Source: Paragordius varius
Lineage: Eukaryota; Animalia; Nematomorpha
Direction: 5' to 3'
DNA length: 64,000 nt
NCBI GenBank assembly: GCA_964247055.1
Contig: OZ176051.1
Coordinates: forward strand, 11,036,001-11,100,000
Positions 1-14,384 of this stretch are shown in pieces. Below the pieces are notes generated by a model. The model was not told the DNA's origin. It saw nothing but the letters and a program-made list of their open reading frames with translations, and made no database searches. Numbering within the stretch: the first letter of the stretch is position 1; each line of letters starts with the position of its first letter. Position numbers and translations under genes: made by a program.

Positions 1-59
1 TATTTCTCTCCAGGATACCTTTAAGCTCTAAAAAAATTAAAGTTTGATAATAATGTTTT

Positions 60-250
60 TTGGATCAGTTTCCGTTCCGCGGGAAATGGTAATGAACTAA
101 TAAGAGGCATAAGCGGGCTGAAAGAAAATAACTCTAGGCAGAATTGTTATCCCGGTATCCTAAAGCCCTTGATCACAGCCAGCAGGTAGACTTAAAAAGA
201 ACAATCAACCGTAGCTTATAAGAATCCCCACGTGGAGTCGATACGTCGAG
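60..250 (+). mobile_element. Decayed CR1/Jockey-like LINE reverse-transcriptase relic
   Basis: Frameshifted translation resembles the RT segment 'GFRKNxS...LL...ILKALD.SQQVD'; no intact ORF. Confidence 0.3.
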
Positions 251-1759
251 GGTTGGAACTTTAAAAATAAAGATAGTGAAAATAATTATTATAAATTGAT
301 AGAAGATAATGATATCTAAACGACCAATAAAAGAAATAGAAGCCTTCCACCCCCTTCACCCACAATAAAACCTGTGTTAATGTGGTCACTACCATCAGTA
401 TAGACCATGCCTTGCATGCAACAAAGAATGTTACCGATACCATACTGTATACCATTTTGCTGCTTAAATAATAGGTATGTAAATAATTTCTTCAAATTTA
501 AGTTTTATAAACAAAACTCGTGTCGAAATGTGGCACGGAAGCAGATATATCGTTAATCAACTATGAAAATTGGTGGGATAAAGAACCTAAAATACCTATT
601 ATTTTGTAAACAAATCCATGTGATAATAATTATATCACATCATAGGGAAAATTACTGTACAAGTGTCCATAAATTATATAGCCAAGCTTATCACCTATTA
701 TGTAATATTCAACCTCCATCTTATTTTTGCGATGGATTGGATTGATCTATATGATAATCTACTTCCAAATATTTGTTCATGCTTTAATTAACATTGATAA
801 CATTTAAAATTTTTATCTGGTATAATAAATTCCCCGCCTCAAAATTTTTTCATATATGTTACATTATAATTTAATATTATTTTTTTGAATAAACTTATAC
901 TCCTTTAATTTTCAAAAGCAAATCGCATTGTAGTTTGAAACAGGTTGGAAGCCGTATATAAAAAAATATATATTTTTTATAAGATACTTACTTCTAAGCC
1001 ATTCCGTCACCCCCCAAAATTGTAATATATTATTGACAAAGCAAAAAATTTTTAACAAATCATATTAATATTCTGTAGTGCTCCTTGTTTAAGAAAGACT
1101 GCAATTAATTTATAAGATTAATCCTAGCTTTTATAAATCTTGTTTAAATTTTCGCATGCGATATTACATTCTGGAATTAAAATAATAAATAAAAACGAGT
1201 ATTTACAATAAATAACCTTATACTTACCTAAAAATAACCATTTAAAAGTTACTTCAGCTAAGTTATTTAACTCTTAGATTTTTGTAATCTCTTCACGAAA
1301 CCTGGTAATATTAGCAAACTTAGCAAATACTTATTGGCTAGAAAATATCGTCAGTTTTAACCAAATCAAGAAGTCCAAGTGTATTTTAGAAGTCTGCTAA
1401 TGATATTTGGTGATAAAATATTTATACACTTTACACAAAAAACAATCCCGAATTTATTTGATAGATAAATGTTTCATAATTTTCATGGTTCTTTTGGTTT
1501 GGGGCTTGCATGTACTATATAAGTTCTTCATATCAGAAAATGGCAAATATGCTAACTATATTTTTTTGGTGAGAGTAAAGGCTTCCATCCAAAAAATATT
1601 ATATTAATAATAAACCTTATTTTAGATGTGGGCTCCGAAAGTCCCGAATTTTTGGTAAATTTTATCAAAAAGGATGTTAAAGTGGCGAGATTTTGCTATA
1701 ACGATTTAAAATATAATCCAGATTATATATATATATATATTATACAAACAATAATTATA

Positions 1760-4115
1760 ATTCCATTCCATGTTGGATTTTCCTTTATATTGAGTTTATT
1801 TTACAGCTCACATGTTTCAACAATTTCTAAATCCATTTCTAAGCTTCGCCAATATACAAATTGATTCGCTTGTTGTTTCATCGATTGCAATCCGTTAAGC
1901 CCATGTAAGAATTTTATTATGCCTAGCTGTAAGGTTGTCTGTCTTAGTAATCTATCATTCATAAATAGAGGAATATTATATATTTTAATTTCATTTTTAA
2001 CTCTATTCTCAATATTTGGATCACTCCAATCATTTGTCTTTATTGTTGATATAAGTTTGTTTGCCAGTGGATTTAACATTATCTCACTTTCCACTAAATC
2101 TTTATTTAGGTTAATTTTTTTCTAGTAAAAATTTTACCGTGTGTGATACCTCATCAACTTCGCTTCGCTCATTAATGGTATCATCATTATTTGATAATCT
2201 GGATAGAGCGTCAACTAAAACATTTTGCCATTTCTTTTATTCGATTTCATAATCGTATCCCGATGTTTTATCTGTAAAATTAGTTAACTATTGTTAATAT
2301 TTTCTAAATTTCGACTTCGACCAGATTGTCCTATTAAGGGTATGTGGTCGGTATAAATTTTAAATTTTCTACCATATATAAACGGTTCAAATTCTTCTAT
2401 ATAACGTTATTGCTTATTTCTCTATATTTAACAATTGTTTTCGGTGTCGGTACATTTACGTGAAGCGTATGATATGGGACGCTTTCCATCAGCGGTAACA
2501 TGTAGCAAAATCCGAATGTTTTGTTAGATGCATCTGTTCCTATTTAGGCCCTGGGTTAGTATTGTAATTTATCATTAGTTTTTTTTGTAACTCCCCTTTT
2601 TCCACTCCAGTCCAGGTCGGTGGTTGAACCGGTGTCTCGGTGAAGGTCGCATATGGTTATAGAGATTTTGAATAAATTTTTCGTAAAAATATAGCATTCC
2701 TAAAAATCGAAATTCTGTCGTGTTTATTGGTCTCGGGCATTCGATACCTTGAATTTTGTCATTGGTGGGATGAATCCATTAAAATTTTTTACCCCATATA
2801 ATTGACTTATGAAACAGCAAGTTGCGATTGTCTTTGCTCAGTTTCAACCCCGCCATTTGTTGTATTACCTCGGTCAATGTTACATCATAGTTTTTCATGA
2901 AATTAATATTTAATCCACCAAATTATCCACGAATATATGAGGTGCCGTAGCCAAACCAAATAAAAGTCGCCGGTAACAAAAGAAGCATTGGTGGATATTT
3001 CATAGCTCCATTATTCCATTAAGCTCATTTTCAACACGTTCTTATACGGGTAGCGGAACTTTCCTCTAGGGGTATATTCTGGGGTTTACTTTGTTTTTTA
3101 GTCAATTAATACCTCAATATTCTTCATACAACCTATCTCCACCGAGAACAACCTATTATACTGATTAAATAGAGATTTGTTCTTTTGATTGATTCTAACA
3201 TTGGTAAAAGTTTAAATGAACGTATTCAAGGGAGACCAAAAATTAGTGGTCGGTCTCCCTTAACACCACATTTCAGCTTCTTTATTGTTTTGTCCATTGT
3301 CACAATCAACTGAGTTTCCTATTATTGGAATTGTATCATTGTGATACGTCAATATATCACCTCTAACTTTGGTCATCCTGTAGAGTTCCAGCATCGTTGA
3401 TCACCATGACATAAGCCCAGAATCGAATGTAATTGTTGTATAGACCCATCCCAATTGAGTTTGTTACGAAGAACAACTTGCTAGCTACGACAGTACTTGG
3501 CATAATGATCCCACTTACCACACTTGTAACATGTTGCCTATTTGCATTACATTTATCAATCCAATGTCGCACATATTGTTCACAATTTTTGCATAAGTCT
3601 TGCTTGTTGGACCTACCCACTCTTGATTCAATCAAGTGTAGGGATCGTGTCTCACCATCAATAATGTCACTGGTTCACCCTGATTTTGACCCGTGGGAAA
3701 TCGGATGAGCTCTCTTTCAGGGATTGGCATATTAATCCCTACTGCGAAAACGTCTCTTAATAGGTATGCCACGTTGCCTTAATAATCAAAATTGGCGATC
3801 ACTTTTAGCCTTAAGCCTAGTTACTGATTGATATGCCGTCCAGCCATTTAATTATATAAGATTCCTTTTTGCCCATATATGTTTATCAGAGGCAAAGATT
3901 TGATATTCAAATTTGGAATTTGTGACCATCTCATCTATTCTATTTTGATTGCTAAGGCTTGATTTCCAACGAGATTGTTTTGAGTCCTGCATAAGCAAGC
4001 AATCGGTTTTATAAATTTCATTATTTATACCAACATGAATTTTGATTTTCAAGGGAGCAATGACAGATAACTTGGGCCTCTTGCCAGCTTCCAGATAGCT
4101 GGGAGTGTTTTTTCC
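1760..4115 (-). mobile_element. Degenerate Gypsy LTR-retrotransposon internal region (gag-pro-RT-RNaseH-integrase N-term), copy A
   Basis: Minus-strand remnants in order: zinc knuckle CYKCGKWDHYAKYC (~3490-3530), protease end GVKGDRPLIFG (~3235-3270), RT start (~3000-3180), RNaseH GKRPISYASRKCT (~2450-2490), LVDALSRL (~2195-2225), integrase H-H-C-C region (ORF 1801-2094). Many stops and frameshifts; no LTRs found. Confidence 0.8.
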
Positions 4116-4424
4116 TTATCTGAATATGTTATATTTTATTTGGTAATAATTGTTGTATATCTCAGCTCCTTTCATTTGCGCGGTCGATAATCACCTATGT
4201 GGGAACGGTATAATTATTTAGATAAGAAAAGCCGTGATCCACCCCATTTAGGGAAATGTGAATGTTAATATACTGAAATTGGGATAGCATTGACAAGGGT
4301 ACATGAGAATGATATATGTTTCTAATAATAACTTGATAGCACCGCAAGAGATAGACTGGTATTACTGGAGATTCTCCAGGCGATAGCCTGATAAAGATGT
4401 TGTGAGATCATTATGGACCATATG

Positions 4425-7090
4425 AAGTGATCACCAACTATCTTAAAGTTAACAAGAGTCAAGTTATCTGTCAATGCTATGTCTTCGAAAATCGACATTT
4501 TAATGCGGATAAATGATGAAATATAAAAATCTTATTCCTTGGGGGTATGCAGGTCAAGACAATCTCGAAACGGGATAACCAAGTCTTCCCAATCAAAATA
4601 AAAAACATGACATAGTCACAATTTAAAAATTGATATATCCAATCTTTGCCCCTGATAAAAGTGTATGGTTGCCCTGATAAAAGTGTATGGTTAGCAGAAA
4701 GGATCTTTTCAAAACGACAAGACACGAAGACAAATCAATCTTTAGCTGCCTTGAGGCTAAAGTGATCGCTGAAGATTGTGATCCTGATGATAACGTGGCA
4801 TACCTATTAAGAGACGTATAGGGATTAATATGCCAACCCTTGAAAGAGAGCTTATTCGATTTCCCACGGGTCAAAATCAGGTTAAACCAGGGACATTACA
4901 GATGATGATAGTCACGATCCCTCAACTTGATTGAAGGATCCAATAAGAAAGAGTTATGCAAAGAAATTGTCAAAGATATGGAAAGCGTTTGTTACAAGTG
5001 TGGCAAGTAAAATTTTTCCAAGTACAGTCGTACCATAAAAAACTTGATTGGGATCGGTCCAACAATAGATGGACAACTCAGTGGCATGCCAACAAATCTG
5101 GTACTGATGTGACGGTGACCAACGACAGATGCTGGAGATTAACAGTACTACCAAAATTAGAAGTAGCAGAGAGATTTTTGAATGTGACAATGAATGATGA
5201 AACTGGCATGTGTTGTTAAGGGAGACCGACTACTAACTTTTGGTGTCGCTATCCTGCATATTTACTTTTATCCAATAATGTTAATTAACGAGGAAATCTA
5301 TATTGGATGAGTATAATATATTGTTCTCGGAAGGGTTATGTTGTTTGAAGAATGTGGAGGTATCGCTTGCAATAAAAAACGAAGTAGTACTAAATCTCCA
5401 CCAGGCCATATGCAACTTTAATCGAAGCACCGTAACTAAATCATGGACCTGGACTGAGTAGATGAAAAGGAGGCAGTCAGGAAAACAACTAATGAAAATC
5501 ACAATATGTTAATACCCTATAACCCAGATTGATCTATAGCATGGCCTCTTAAACTGCTATTCCCGACCCCATTTATGATTGCGAGTTCATAACGACCCCA
5601 AATATAAAAGAAAAATAAATTAATATTTTTTGATGATATACTTATTAGGTAACAATATACAGATGCATATGAAAATATACAGATTTAGAATTCTGAAATA
5701 TATAAAAATCCAATATTGAAATTTGCACAAAATGTTAAAAAATGACCGTCTTAATTCTCTTGAATATATCCAAGTAGTTGCGGGGTAAATATTTAATTAA
5801 AGTTTACGTTAAAAATTTAATGAGATGGATGTGCCTGTTTTTTATTGCATAACAAATCAAATCTTGGTGTAATGTTTGAAACTGCTGGACGTAATACCTC
5901 TTCACCATTTTTTTATCGCTGAACGATATTGGGATTTAATTTGTGTTAAAGCTGAGAAAGTAACTTCACATAAATATGTGGTGTTGAATGGCAGAAGTAC
6001 ATTTAACGCCATATCGGCTAAGTTCTAGTTCCGATCCAGAACTCAGTCCAGGGTGTTTTTGGAATTGTAGTATTAAGTTTGAGTCACACGAAAGCTCAGC
6101 AAATTCCTCTTGAGCTTTCATACTATAAATACCTGTTTGTTATGTCTTACGAGAAAAATTATGTAGTTGATGATAATTGTTATAAAACTTGCGCTATTTA
6201 TTAAAATCTCACAATAATAAACATAAAATCTTAAAAAATAGTTAAATGCCTTGTCAACTTGTATTTTATTAACACTAATATTTTCACCGATATAAAATTT
6301 ATTTAAATGTCTGGTGATAGATCCAACAATATACGATACGAGTATAAATGGATTTTTTTCGGAATAACATGCACTTCGTTAATACACTTAAAAATTTTGT
6401 TAATATTTATCAGGATTATTTTGGTTTTAAGAGATTGACAAAAATAAATATTTTATATAAATTTCTATAAAATCTTCTGATTCATAGTAAATTTAAACAA
6501 GATATTATAATAATCGGAAAATGCTGGTATAAACAGTCTTTCCGAACCGGAAGATTTTATGATATATTTATTTACGATGATTGTTATTTTTTTCATAACA
6601 ATATTACAAGTTAAAAAACATTTTTTGTTAAATTGTATTTTTATCACTCGCGATCCCATAATTTTGCTACGCGCCCCCAAGTGGGATCGCGACCCATAGT
6701 TTAAGAAGCCCTGATCTATAGTAATAGAAACAGAGTTATCAAACAAAGGATTTGAAGAGATTTACTAAATATTACACATGAGGGAAAGCGCCCCATACAT
6801 ACGCCTTATAAATGTACCGACACAGAAACCAATTGTTGAACAAAGAGAAACAAAATTTATATGCCATATAAAAATAAACTTGAAATCATCGACCACAAAC
6901 CACTAATGGGATCATTTGGTCGAACTTGAGATTTACTGAATAACAATATTAAACTAGATGGATCTATAAAACATCGGGATACGATTTGAAATCAAATATA
7001 TAATAGGACAAACAATTTAGTTGACGCTCTATCCAGATTACAATAATACACGGTAAAATTTTCTATGAATAAATTTAACCTAAAAAGTGG
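4425..7090 (+). mobile_element. Degenerate Gypsy internal region, copy B (inverted relative to copy A, internally deleted, split by a hAT insertion)
   Basis: 4425-5260 aligns by eye with the reverse complement of ~3230-4115. 5290-5400 matches the RT start of copy A. 6775-7090 matches its RNaseH (...GAAAGCGCCCCATA..., TTAGTTGACGCTCTATCCAGATTA). Confidence 0.75.
5540..6713 (-). mobile_element. Non-autonomous hAT (Buster/Charlie, ZBED5/8-like) deletion derivative
   Basis: Imperfect TIRs CATGGCCTCTTAAACT / AGTTTAAGAAGCCCTG. Perfect 8-bp TSD ATCTATAG (5532-5539, 6714-6721). Transposase C-terminus on minus strand ~6010-5817: ALNVLLPFNTTYLCEVTFSALTQIKSQYRS...KKQAHPSH*. Confidence 0.9.
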
Positions 7091-7934
7091 ACACGCTATA
7101 TTAAATTGCCAATTATTCTTGCATTAACATATAAATATACAACACAAAAGCGGTTAGATATAAATTTAACTCAATCTATATAAATCATGTCAAGGCTCTT
7201 ATTATAAACTACCATATAAACAGTTTTACTATCAAAAAAAACAAATCAGAATTCTCCCTTTTACAATTAACATAAATATGAATAAAAAGGTTTATTAATT
7301 GAAAAATTATTTAATAAAATAAAATTGTTGATTCTTCATAGATTATAAAATTAAAAACTAGGCAAAAACAAATATTTATTGAATAAATTAAATAAATTAG
7401 TGCACGCATATTACCAGTTTAAAATTATTGAAAAATTACAAGCTTTTTCTCCAAACCGTTAAAATTTTTACACAGTTTAATTCAAAATTTATATTAATTT
7501 GGTGCACGATATAGTATGATAAAAAGGAAGCAACAAGTTTGCCTGAAAATAACGGCTAATTAAATTACGATTTGTTGTGACTTTCTAATATATAATTAGG
7601 CTATTTTTTACTTGTTTTAAAACTAAATTTTTTACATAGAGTTTTATTATGAGTTCCCAATTTAAAAAAGGAAATGAACATTTTTTACTAACAAGCGCTA
7701 ATGTTAGAATAATAGTCGTTTCTCATATGTGCAAAGGGAAGGTTTATTATAAATTTGCCCATCGTTACCATATAACATTTAATTTTAAAGAAATCTTAAC
7801 CATCATCGATTTTATTAAGCATTTCCTTCATTACATGAACCCATATTTGTCAGATGAAAGATTCTTATCATCACCATAAGGTATTTCTTACGAAACATAT
7901 CATAAATAAAAATCTACAGTCCAGAATTATCAGG

Positions 7935-8720
7935 TGTATCATATTTACCGGTTTTCTGCTAAAAACATTTGTTTTGAAAGGATGTCAATTATTATTTTAT
8001 TGAAAATAATATACAAAAACTCCTGCACATTTCGATCATCTCATAGGTAATGCATCCTGCTAGAACTACTTGACTTTTGCGGCGAGCCATTTGTTAAGCC
8101 ATTTTATAACTTCTTTTCCTCTGTGAGGGTATACCCTATTGAAACGAAATTATATTTAGATGGCGCCAGGTCAGGATTCAACGGATGCAGAATATATTCT
8201 CATTAAAGTGATTTAAAATGTCTAAATTTGGTTTTGCTGTGCGAGACGAAGCATTGTCATGTAGCGAAATCCTTTAGCTATTTCTTCTGGGTCATTCCAA
8301 TTTTTTTATTATGCATGGTTAGAATTCGGTATTTTTGTTAGCGATAGTGTTAATTATTATAAATCCACGGGAACTCAAGATAAACCGATTTGGCGTCACG
8401 AGAGCATTTGGCGAAGCGATATAGTAATTTGTAAATGGAACAGCTGGCAAGTTGAAAGTCCTTTCGGCTTTGGATTTACAAAATAAGGCTATAACATCAT
8501 GACCCTTCCAATTCAATGGAAAAATAATTTTGGACGACGTTGAAGTAAGATATGTCAGTTGCGATTTTTAGATTGGAAATCATGTGTGGGACTCATCTAC
8601 CGAGTTTATTGGTCTTTCCTATTGCTCGCAGTAGCAATGGTTGTTTAGTTTGAGTTGTGTCATCAATCGATAACTTGCACTTTATTTTATCTGGTGTTTA
8701 AATTTTACAGTGTGTTATAT
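7935..8720 (-). mobile_element. Decayed mariner transposase relic
   Basis: Minus strand shows LHDNA (~8250-8262), ILHPLNPDLAPS (~8160-8195, cf. HPPYSPDLAPSDY) and LPMR*SKC (~8030-8055, cf. LPERWQKC). Boundaries approximate. Confidence 0.65.
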
Positions 8721-9096
8721 GCTTTAATCGATGGAGTATGTTCATCATACGATTCTTACAAAACGATTCATACGCTCTTTTCTAATAGCTGCAAATGTTT
8801 TTAGGGAAATTGGACTACTAAATGATAAAAATAAGATTTTTTGATAAACTTGGGGTATTTGTCAAATTATGATATGAGTACTAAAAATATACAAATAAAT
8901 AAATATTGCAAATATATTTATTAATTAAATTGCCATTATGAATACTTTATTACCCCTAAATTATTTTTTAGGTCACGCATTAAAATGTTTTACTATAGTA
9001 GTTTGTAAATTTGAAATTTTTTTTAAGGTTACATTCCAAAATAGGATGCTTTTGTATACACACAGTGTTTACAAAAAAATAACTTGATGAAATATA

Positions 9097-10208
9097 TGAT
9101 AGAAAAAATCAGGATTATCATGGTGCTTTAATGACCCTTACGAGTGATTGAATAATATTACCCTTTTGTGGTAAATGTCCCATATCAAAAAATGTATACA
9201 TAAATTTAAAAGCTAGAGAGGCTTCCTTCCAAAAATATCACTAAAATATATCATATACTAGATATAAAAGGCAAAACAATATCAAAAAAAATTATTTTAA
9301 AATGTGGGTTTCGAAAATCCCAAATTTTTTCTCTTCTAAAATAAGCTAGCCCTTTTAAAAACACAATGCTGGGATTTAGCATTATAAAAATTTAAAATAT
9401 GCTGAATTTTTACCAACTGAAAATATTTTTTGTAAAAATACATGATTTTTTTCAAGAATTTAATTTTTATCATTTTATTGAAGCGTCTTCATACTATTTT
9501 GAATCAGGATGACGGCTAAAAACGATTTAATACACTTCTGTATAATTCGATGATGCTGAATACTTTTATCGCTTTAGAATTTAAATTTAAAGGTTTGTTT
9601 GCTTAAAATTTTGGTATTTTTTATAATTATTTTAAATAAATTTCATAACATATAATGCGTAATTCTCTCAATTTTACAATCTTATTTAATATGTTTGCAA
9701 TCAAATATTTTAATATTTTGAGGTTATAGAAATGTTCAGCATTGAATAATTAAGAAAAATGTTTATAAAATATCTTAAAGAGTTTTATAACCGTTTCCAT
9801 CGTGACTCAAAATAGTATGAAGTACGCTTCAACAAAATTTTGTTAAAAATTAAATTTTTGAAAATTATGCATTTTTTAAATATTTTTAGTTGATGTCAAA
9901 CTTTAGGATATATTTAAAATTTTCGCATCCCGGCATTTTGTTTATTTTAAGAGGACTAACTCATTTTATAGCAAAAAAATAAGACTTTCGGAGCCCAAAT
10001 CTAAAAATTTAAATTTTTAAATATTTTTTTTGCTTTTTAGATCTAGTTTGTGATATATTTTAGTGATATTTTTGAAATGAAGCCTCTAGCTTTAACCAAA
10101 AAAAAATTTTATTTTGCCATTTTCAGGATAGACCAGTTATCCCCAAAGTGTAAATAACTTTCTTTCACTCGTAAGGGCCAAAAAAGGCCATGATAACCAT
10201 TATCCTAT

Positions 10209-10210
<2 letters not shown>
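9097..10210. mobile_element. ~1.1-kb foldback/MITE-like element with long imperfect inverted arms
   Basis: Ends TGATAG...ATCATGG..CCCTTACGAGTGA / TCACTCGTAAGGG..CCATGATA...CTATCA, with further mirrored blocks inside (AAAAATATCACTAAAATATATCA vs TGATATATTTTAGTGATATTTTT). Related sequence at ~1560-1700, ~26760-27470 and ~52590-53400. Confidence 0.7.

Positions 10211-10263
<53 letters not shown>
10211..10263. repeat. (TA)n microsatellite
   Basis: Pure AT dinucleotide run abutting the foldback element. Confidence 0.95.
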
Positions 10264-10268
<5 letters not shown>

Positions 10269-10726
10269 TACACTCGATTTTGAATGCAGTGTAATGTAGA
10301 ATTTCTAATTCATTATATTTGTCTAAATAGAGGCACGCTAATCTATTGAAAACAGCTGATTTTAAAATCTGTAAAAATTAAGCTCTGAAATTAGAGTGGA
10401 AACATTATAATAATTTTATTTAAACACGATATATTTTTGGTTGCCATTTTTATAATGATTGATTCTGAAATTTGGCAGCAATTGTTTGATTAATATATGA
10501 AGTTCTCAAATATTTTTTGAAGAATGGACTTCAAAGGACATAGTATGCCAATTTTTGAATTTCAAGCATTGAATCATGAGTAAAACGATATAAAGTGAGG
10601 ATTTTTATATGCGTTAATATAATTATTTTGATTCATAAAAAACCAAACAGAATATTAATTGGCAATATTAATTTATATTGTAAAATGAATGAAATTTGTA
10701 AAATTCGCATATGTATCTTTTCAGAA

Positions 10727-11015
10727 TAGGGGTATCCAACACGCGGTAGCAGCGCGAGAGTGGCCCTCCCTAATATTTCTGCAGTCCGCATGAAATTTTA
10801 AACATAGATTTTACCAAATCTAAATAAAATATATTTTCTTAAACCAATTTTCTGAATTGATCTCGAATTATGGCAATGAACTAGCAAAAATATTTAAATA
10901 AATAGTAGTTTTAAAATGTTTAAAATCCAGTAAAATATTTGTCGTCTCCCATATAATTTACGTATAGGGCCCGTCGTTTTTTTGATCCGAAAACCATTTG
11001 TGTTGGACACTCCTG
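10727..11015. mobile_element. hAT (Charlie-like) MITE
   Basis: TIRs TAGGGGTATCCAACAC / GTGTTGGACACTCCTG; flanks (TTTCAGAA / CTTTCGAA) resemble a decayed 8-bp TSD. Confidence 0.5.
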
Positions 11016-13042
11016 CTTTCGAATATTAGATTGGTATGATTTTCATTTCATTTAGAATTGGAAAAAAACTTAAGATAAAATACCATAATCAAATATATAA
11101 ACCTTAAACATACTACTTTGACTCTTACCTTTTGAGGTTATATATAGCAGAGCGATTTGTAATTTGAATATTTTAAAAAGTTTTTTAGGTATTCAGCCGA
11201 ATTTAAAAATATGCTTTCTTAATCTTTTAGGTGTATTAAACAAAAAATTAAAACAATGTAAAATTGGGAAAAAAACCTTATCTCACTTTTTTGCCTCCAT
11301 TTTTTTATAAATATTAATTTGCTAAGGCAACAGGCAAATATATTAGGGATAAAAATAAACTTTTAGAAGCTTTCAGGCTAATTTTAAGAAAAAATTTGAT
11401 ATATTTTGATTATATCAGCTGTTCGTTTTAATCGTGTTTTGGGGCTGACCTAATTTCAGACTCTAGAAGTCACAAAATAATAATTTTTTAGAGACCAATG
11501 TTTACTAATTAAAGTTTAATTAAAGTAACTTTTAACGCAGTTTTTTAACGGTGAGCTTAGGGATATAATAGTAGTCAAAAGATAAACTAGGGACAAAAAA
11601 GTGAAAAAATTGAAGACTAGATGCATTATTATATCGAAACAGTGTTTAATTTTACAAAAATCTTCATCATCATATAAATTCTAGATCAAAGTATTGTCAA
11701 TACTAAAAACTTTGTGAAAATTAGACTAGATACTAAAGAAGTATCATAAATACAAATGGAAGTTAATAGCAACTTAAAACATTCGTTCTTTCATCAATGA
11801 TTTATTGTTATAAAATTCCAAGTGTTCGTTAACAACTGCCTCAGAAATACAATCAGAGAGAAAAGGAATGAAATATTTAAAGAATAAACTATGGAAACTA
11901 GCCAAACTTCCACCAATTTTGTCATATTATCATACGAATAAGCTCTTAGGGTACATTTTTAACAATTAATTCATATAGGCTAAAATATAATTTAAAAAAA
12001 ACTTTCTTTTTTTAAAGAAAATGTTTTGAAAAAGTTTTTCCGCAATACTTTAGCTCAGGGTACACTGAAAATCGGTGCACCAATTGTACGAAGGAGTATT
12101 CCCCGTGCTATTGTCATTGTCAACTATTGTTAACATGAATGGTTTATATTTAAAATTAATAGTTTAAACCAAAATTCCGATCTTAATATATTTATTTTCA
12201 AAATTAATTACAGTAAAGCAAATTATCCAGTGCTCATAATGGATGGATATGTTTAAATATTGGGTTTAACTGGGTTAACCTTTTTGTTGTCTTAAAAAGG
12301 GAGTGTAAAATTTGATGAGATATCTTTTTTAATTACATTTTATAAAGACATTTTTCGCTTTACCTTTTCCAGTAATTTTTTCATATGTTGATTTTTTCAT
12401 CGTGGAATAAAGTCGGTATATAATTGTTTTAAACAGTAACGGCTGTCGTTTAATGATATTTTAAATAATCTAATTGCTTGAGTTTTCTGCACAATCCCGA
12501 GCTCCCAAAAAGAGATTCAACTATATTTCTCAAGGTGTTAGTGTCATGCATTTTATTTTGAAAGTATTAGCAATCGGATAATATCTGAATCATAATAGCA
12601 TTTGTGCCACGCACCGTGAATAAAATATATTAAAATTATAATGAATTTAAATATATCTTTCCTTTCAAATTGTTTTAATTATTATCAAATATATACCAAA
12701 TGATTTAGCCATAATTTTATGTTTAATATTTATTATTTATGACACGGTAAAAGTTATAGAAAATATCAGTTTAAAATATCCAATTATATAAGCGCCGTTC
12801 ACATTTACATTAAATATATGCATGTAGTTATAATATATTCCAGAAACGAAAGGCATTAAGCAGGTTAAAGATTTATTCATTTGCACCATTTCAACACTTA
12901 CTAGGCGAAATTAATAAATTCGATTTGGTTTCTCGTTCCTTATGCACATGTCCTAATGTTTTGGAATCAAATACTCACGCAATGATATATTGGTAACGAA
13001 TAATCAGCTATATATATTGTCGTATTTGCATTTGAGTTTGTG

Positions 13043-13443
13043 TTATTGTACAAAGACACCTTTAACTTTCACACAAAAGTGTTTGATACGTTTTTTCAAA
13101 GCATGACACATCCTGGGATCTAGGAAAAGGGAAATGTAAACACACATTGCATTGTTCCCATACTTACTGAGATAAGCCAAGTGTTGAAACCATAATTCGG
13201 ATTTGGATGCAAACGTATCTGTCCAGTGTTGATAGAGAAACATATATACTGTCATAGGTATGGTACTTAGGGTAAAATAAACATTTATAGTGGCAAGGAG
13301 AATGGTGATTTGGAAATCTCTCTGTTTAAGCATTCCAAATCTACCATTCGTTGAAAAATTGGTAACGCTGAGAGTAGTTTTATTATCATTTCTAAACTGT
13401 ACACCCATCAATGAAGAATGAGTCAAACTATGAGTCATTGTAC
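13043..13443 (-). CDS. Rhodopsin-class peptide-type GPCR, exon 2 (end of ICL3, TM6, TM7, C-tail)
   Basis: Acceptor TTATAG|G at 13444/13443 restores frame with exon 1 (phase 1: A|GT ACA ATG). TM6 FQITILLATINVYFTLSTIP; TM7 HLAYLSKYGNNAMCVYISLF. Confidence 0.85.
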
Positions 13444-14384
13444 CTATAATTATAGAATTAATGTTTAGATATTCAGTTTATATTAATTTTGGGTTTAACT
13501 TTTACTTTAATTATATCATTTCGGCTATTTTCTAATTTAGTTTTCATCTATAACATCGGAACTTATATATTAAAACAAAAAAAGATAATATTTTATTTTA
13601 TTGGTTAGTAGGTTTTGCATTCATTTTCAATACTTGTTTTATTTAATAATCTATAAATTAGCTAACATATAAAATCAAACCTTCATCGCTAATGTTCATT
13701 AATTATTGGTGGGAGGAGTTTACAATAAAGATAAATATAATAAATTGAACGCTTTATGATTTTTGGGTCATATCCCAGAGCGAATTCAAATATGGGGCTT
13801 AAAAAATATTTCAAGCATTAATCCGAATTTTTGCACTTTTGGGCACATATAATTTTTTAGAAAAAGATAAATAAATATATCATGGTTAAAAATTAATTTT
13901 TAACCTTTTTAAGTAACAATTTACCAGCAATTTTTTATATTTATTGATTTTTAAAACAGCTTTTTGTTTCAATCGTGCTTTGATCTCAAAATTTAATACT
14001 TTAGAAGTAAAAAATACTGTAATTCTAAGTTTTTTATAATACAGGAAAACAATGTTTGAAAATTAAATTTTAACTAAAATTACTTTAAAAAAGTTTATTT
14101 ACAAGATTGAGCTCTTGGATATAAATTTACCCCCAATATGTCATCACGGTCATAAAGAAAGAGTCATGAAGTGATTTGTCGTATATAAACAATTTGTGTT
14201 TCTCCGAATTATCAATAGATTTTGTCTTTATTAGAAAATGATATTAAACATTTTTAAAAATCACCAATGTATAATCACTAACAATGTTATCATTATTATT
14301 GTGTGTGTGTATGTTGATACACTCGAGGTCGACTTTTTCCAATTTTGTAAATAAAACTTCTCCGTAAATTGCGGTTTTTTAATG

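Noticed and set aside
340-475. Coding-like stretch (KPSTPFTHNKTCVNVV...) as a terminal exon of an upstream gene
   Set aside because: Poor acceptor context and no recognisable homology; cannot be supported from this window.
3229-5250. Apparent terminal inverted repeats (AAGGGAGACCGAC.ACTAA) suggesting a DIRS or TIR element
   Set aside because: They are the homologous protease-end sequences of two oppositely oriented Gypsy relics; the inverted similarity extends far beyond them in both directions.
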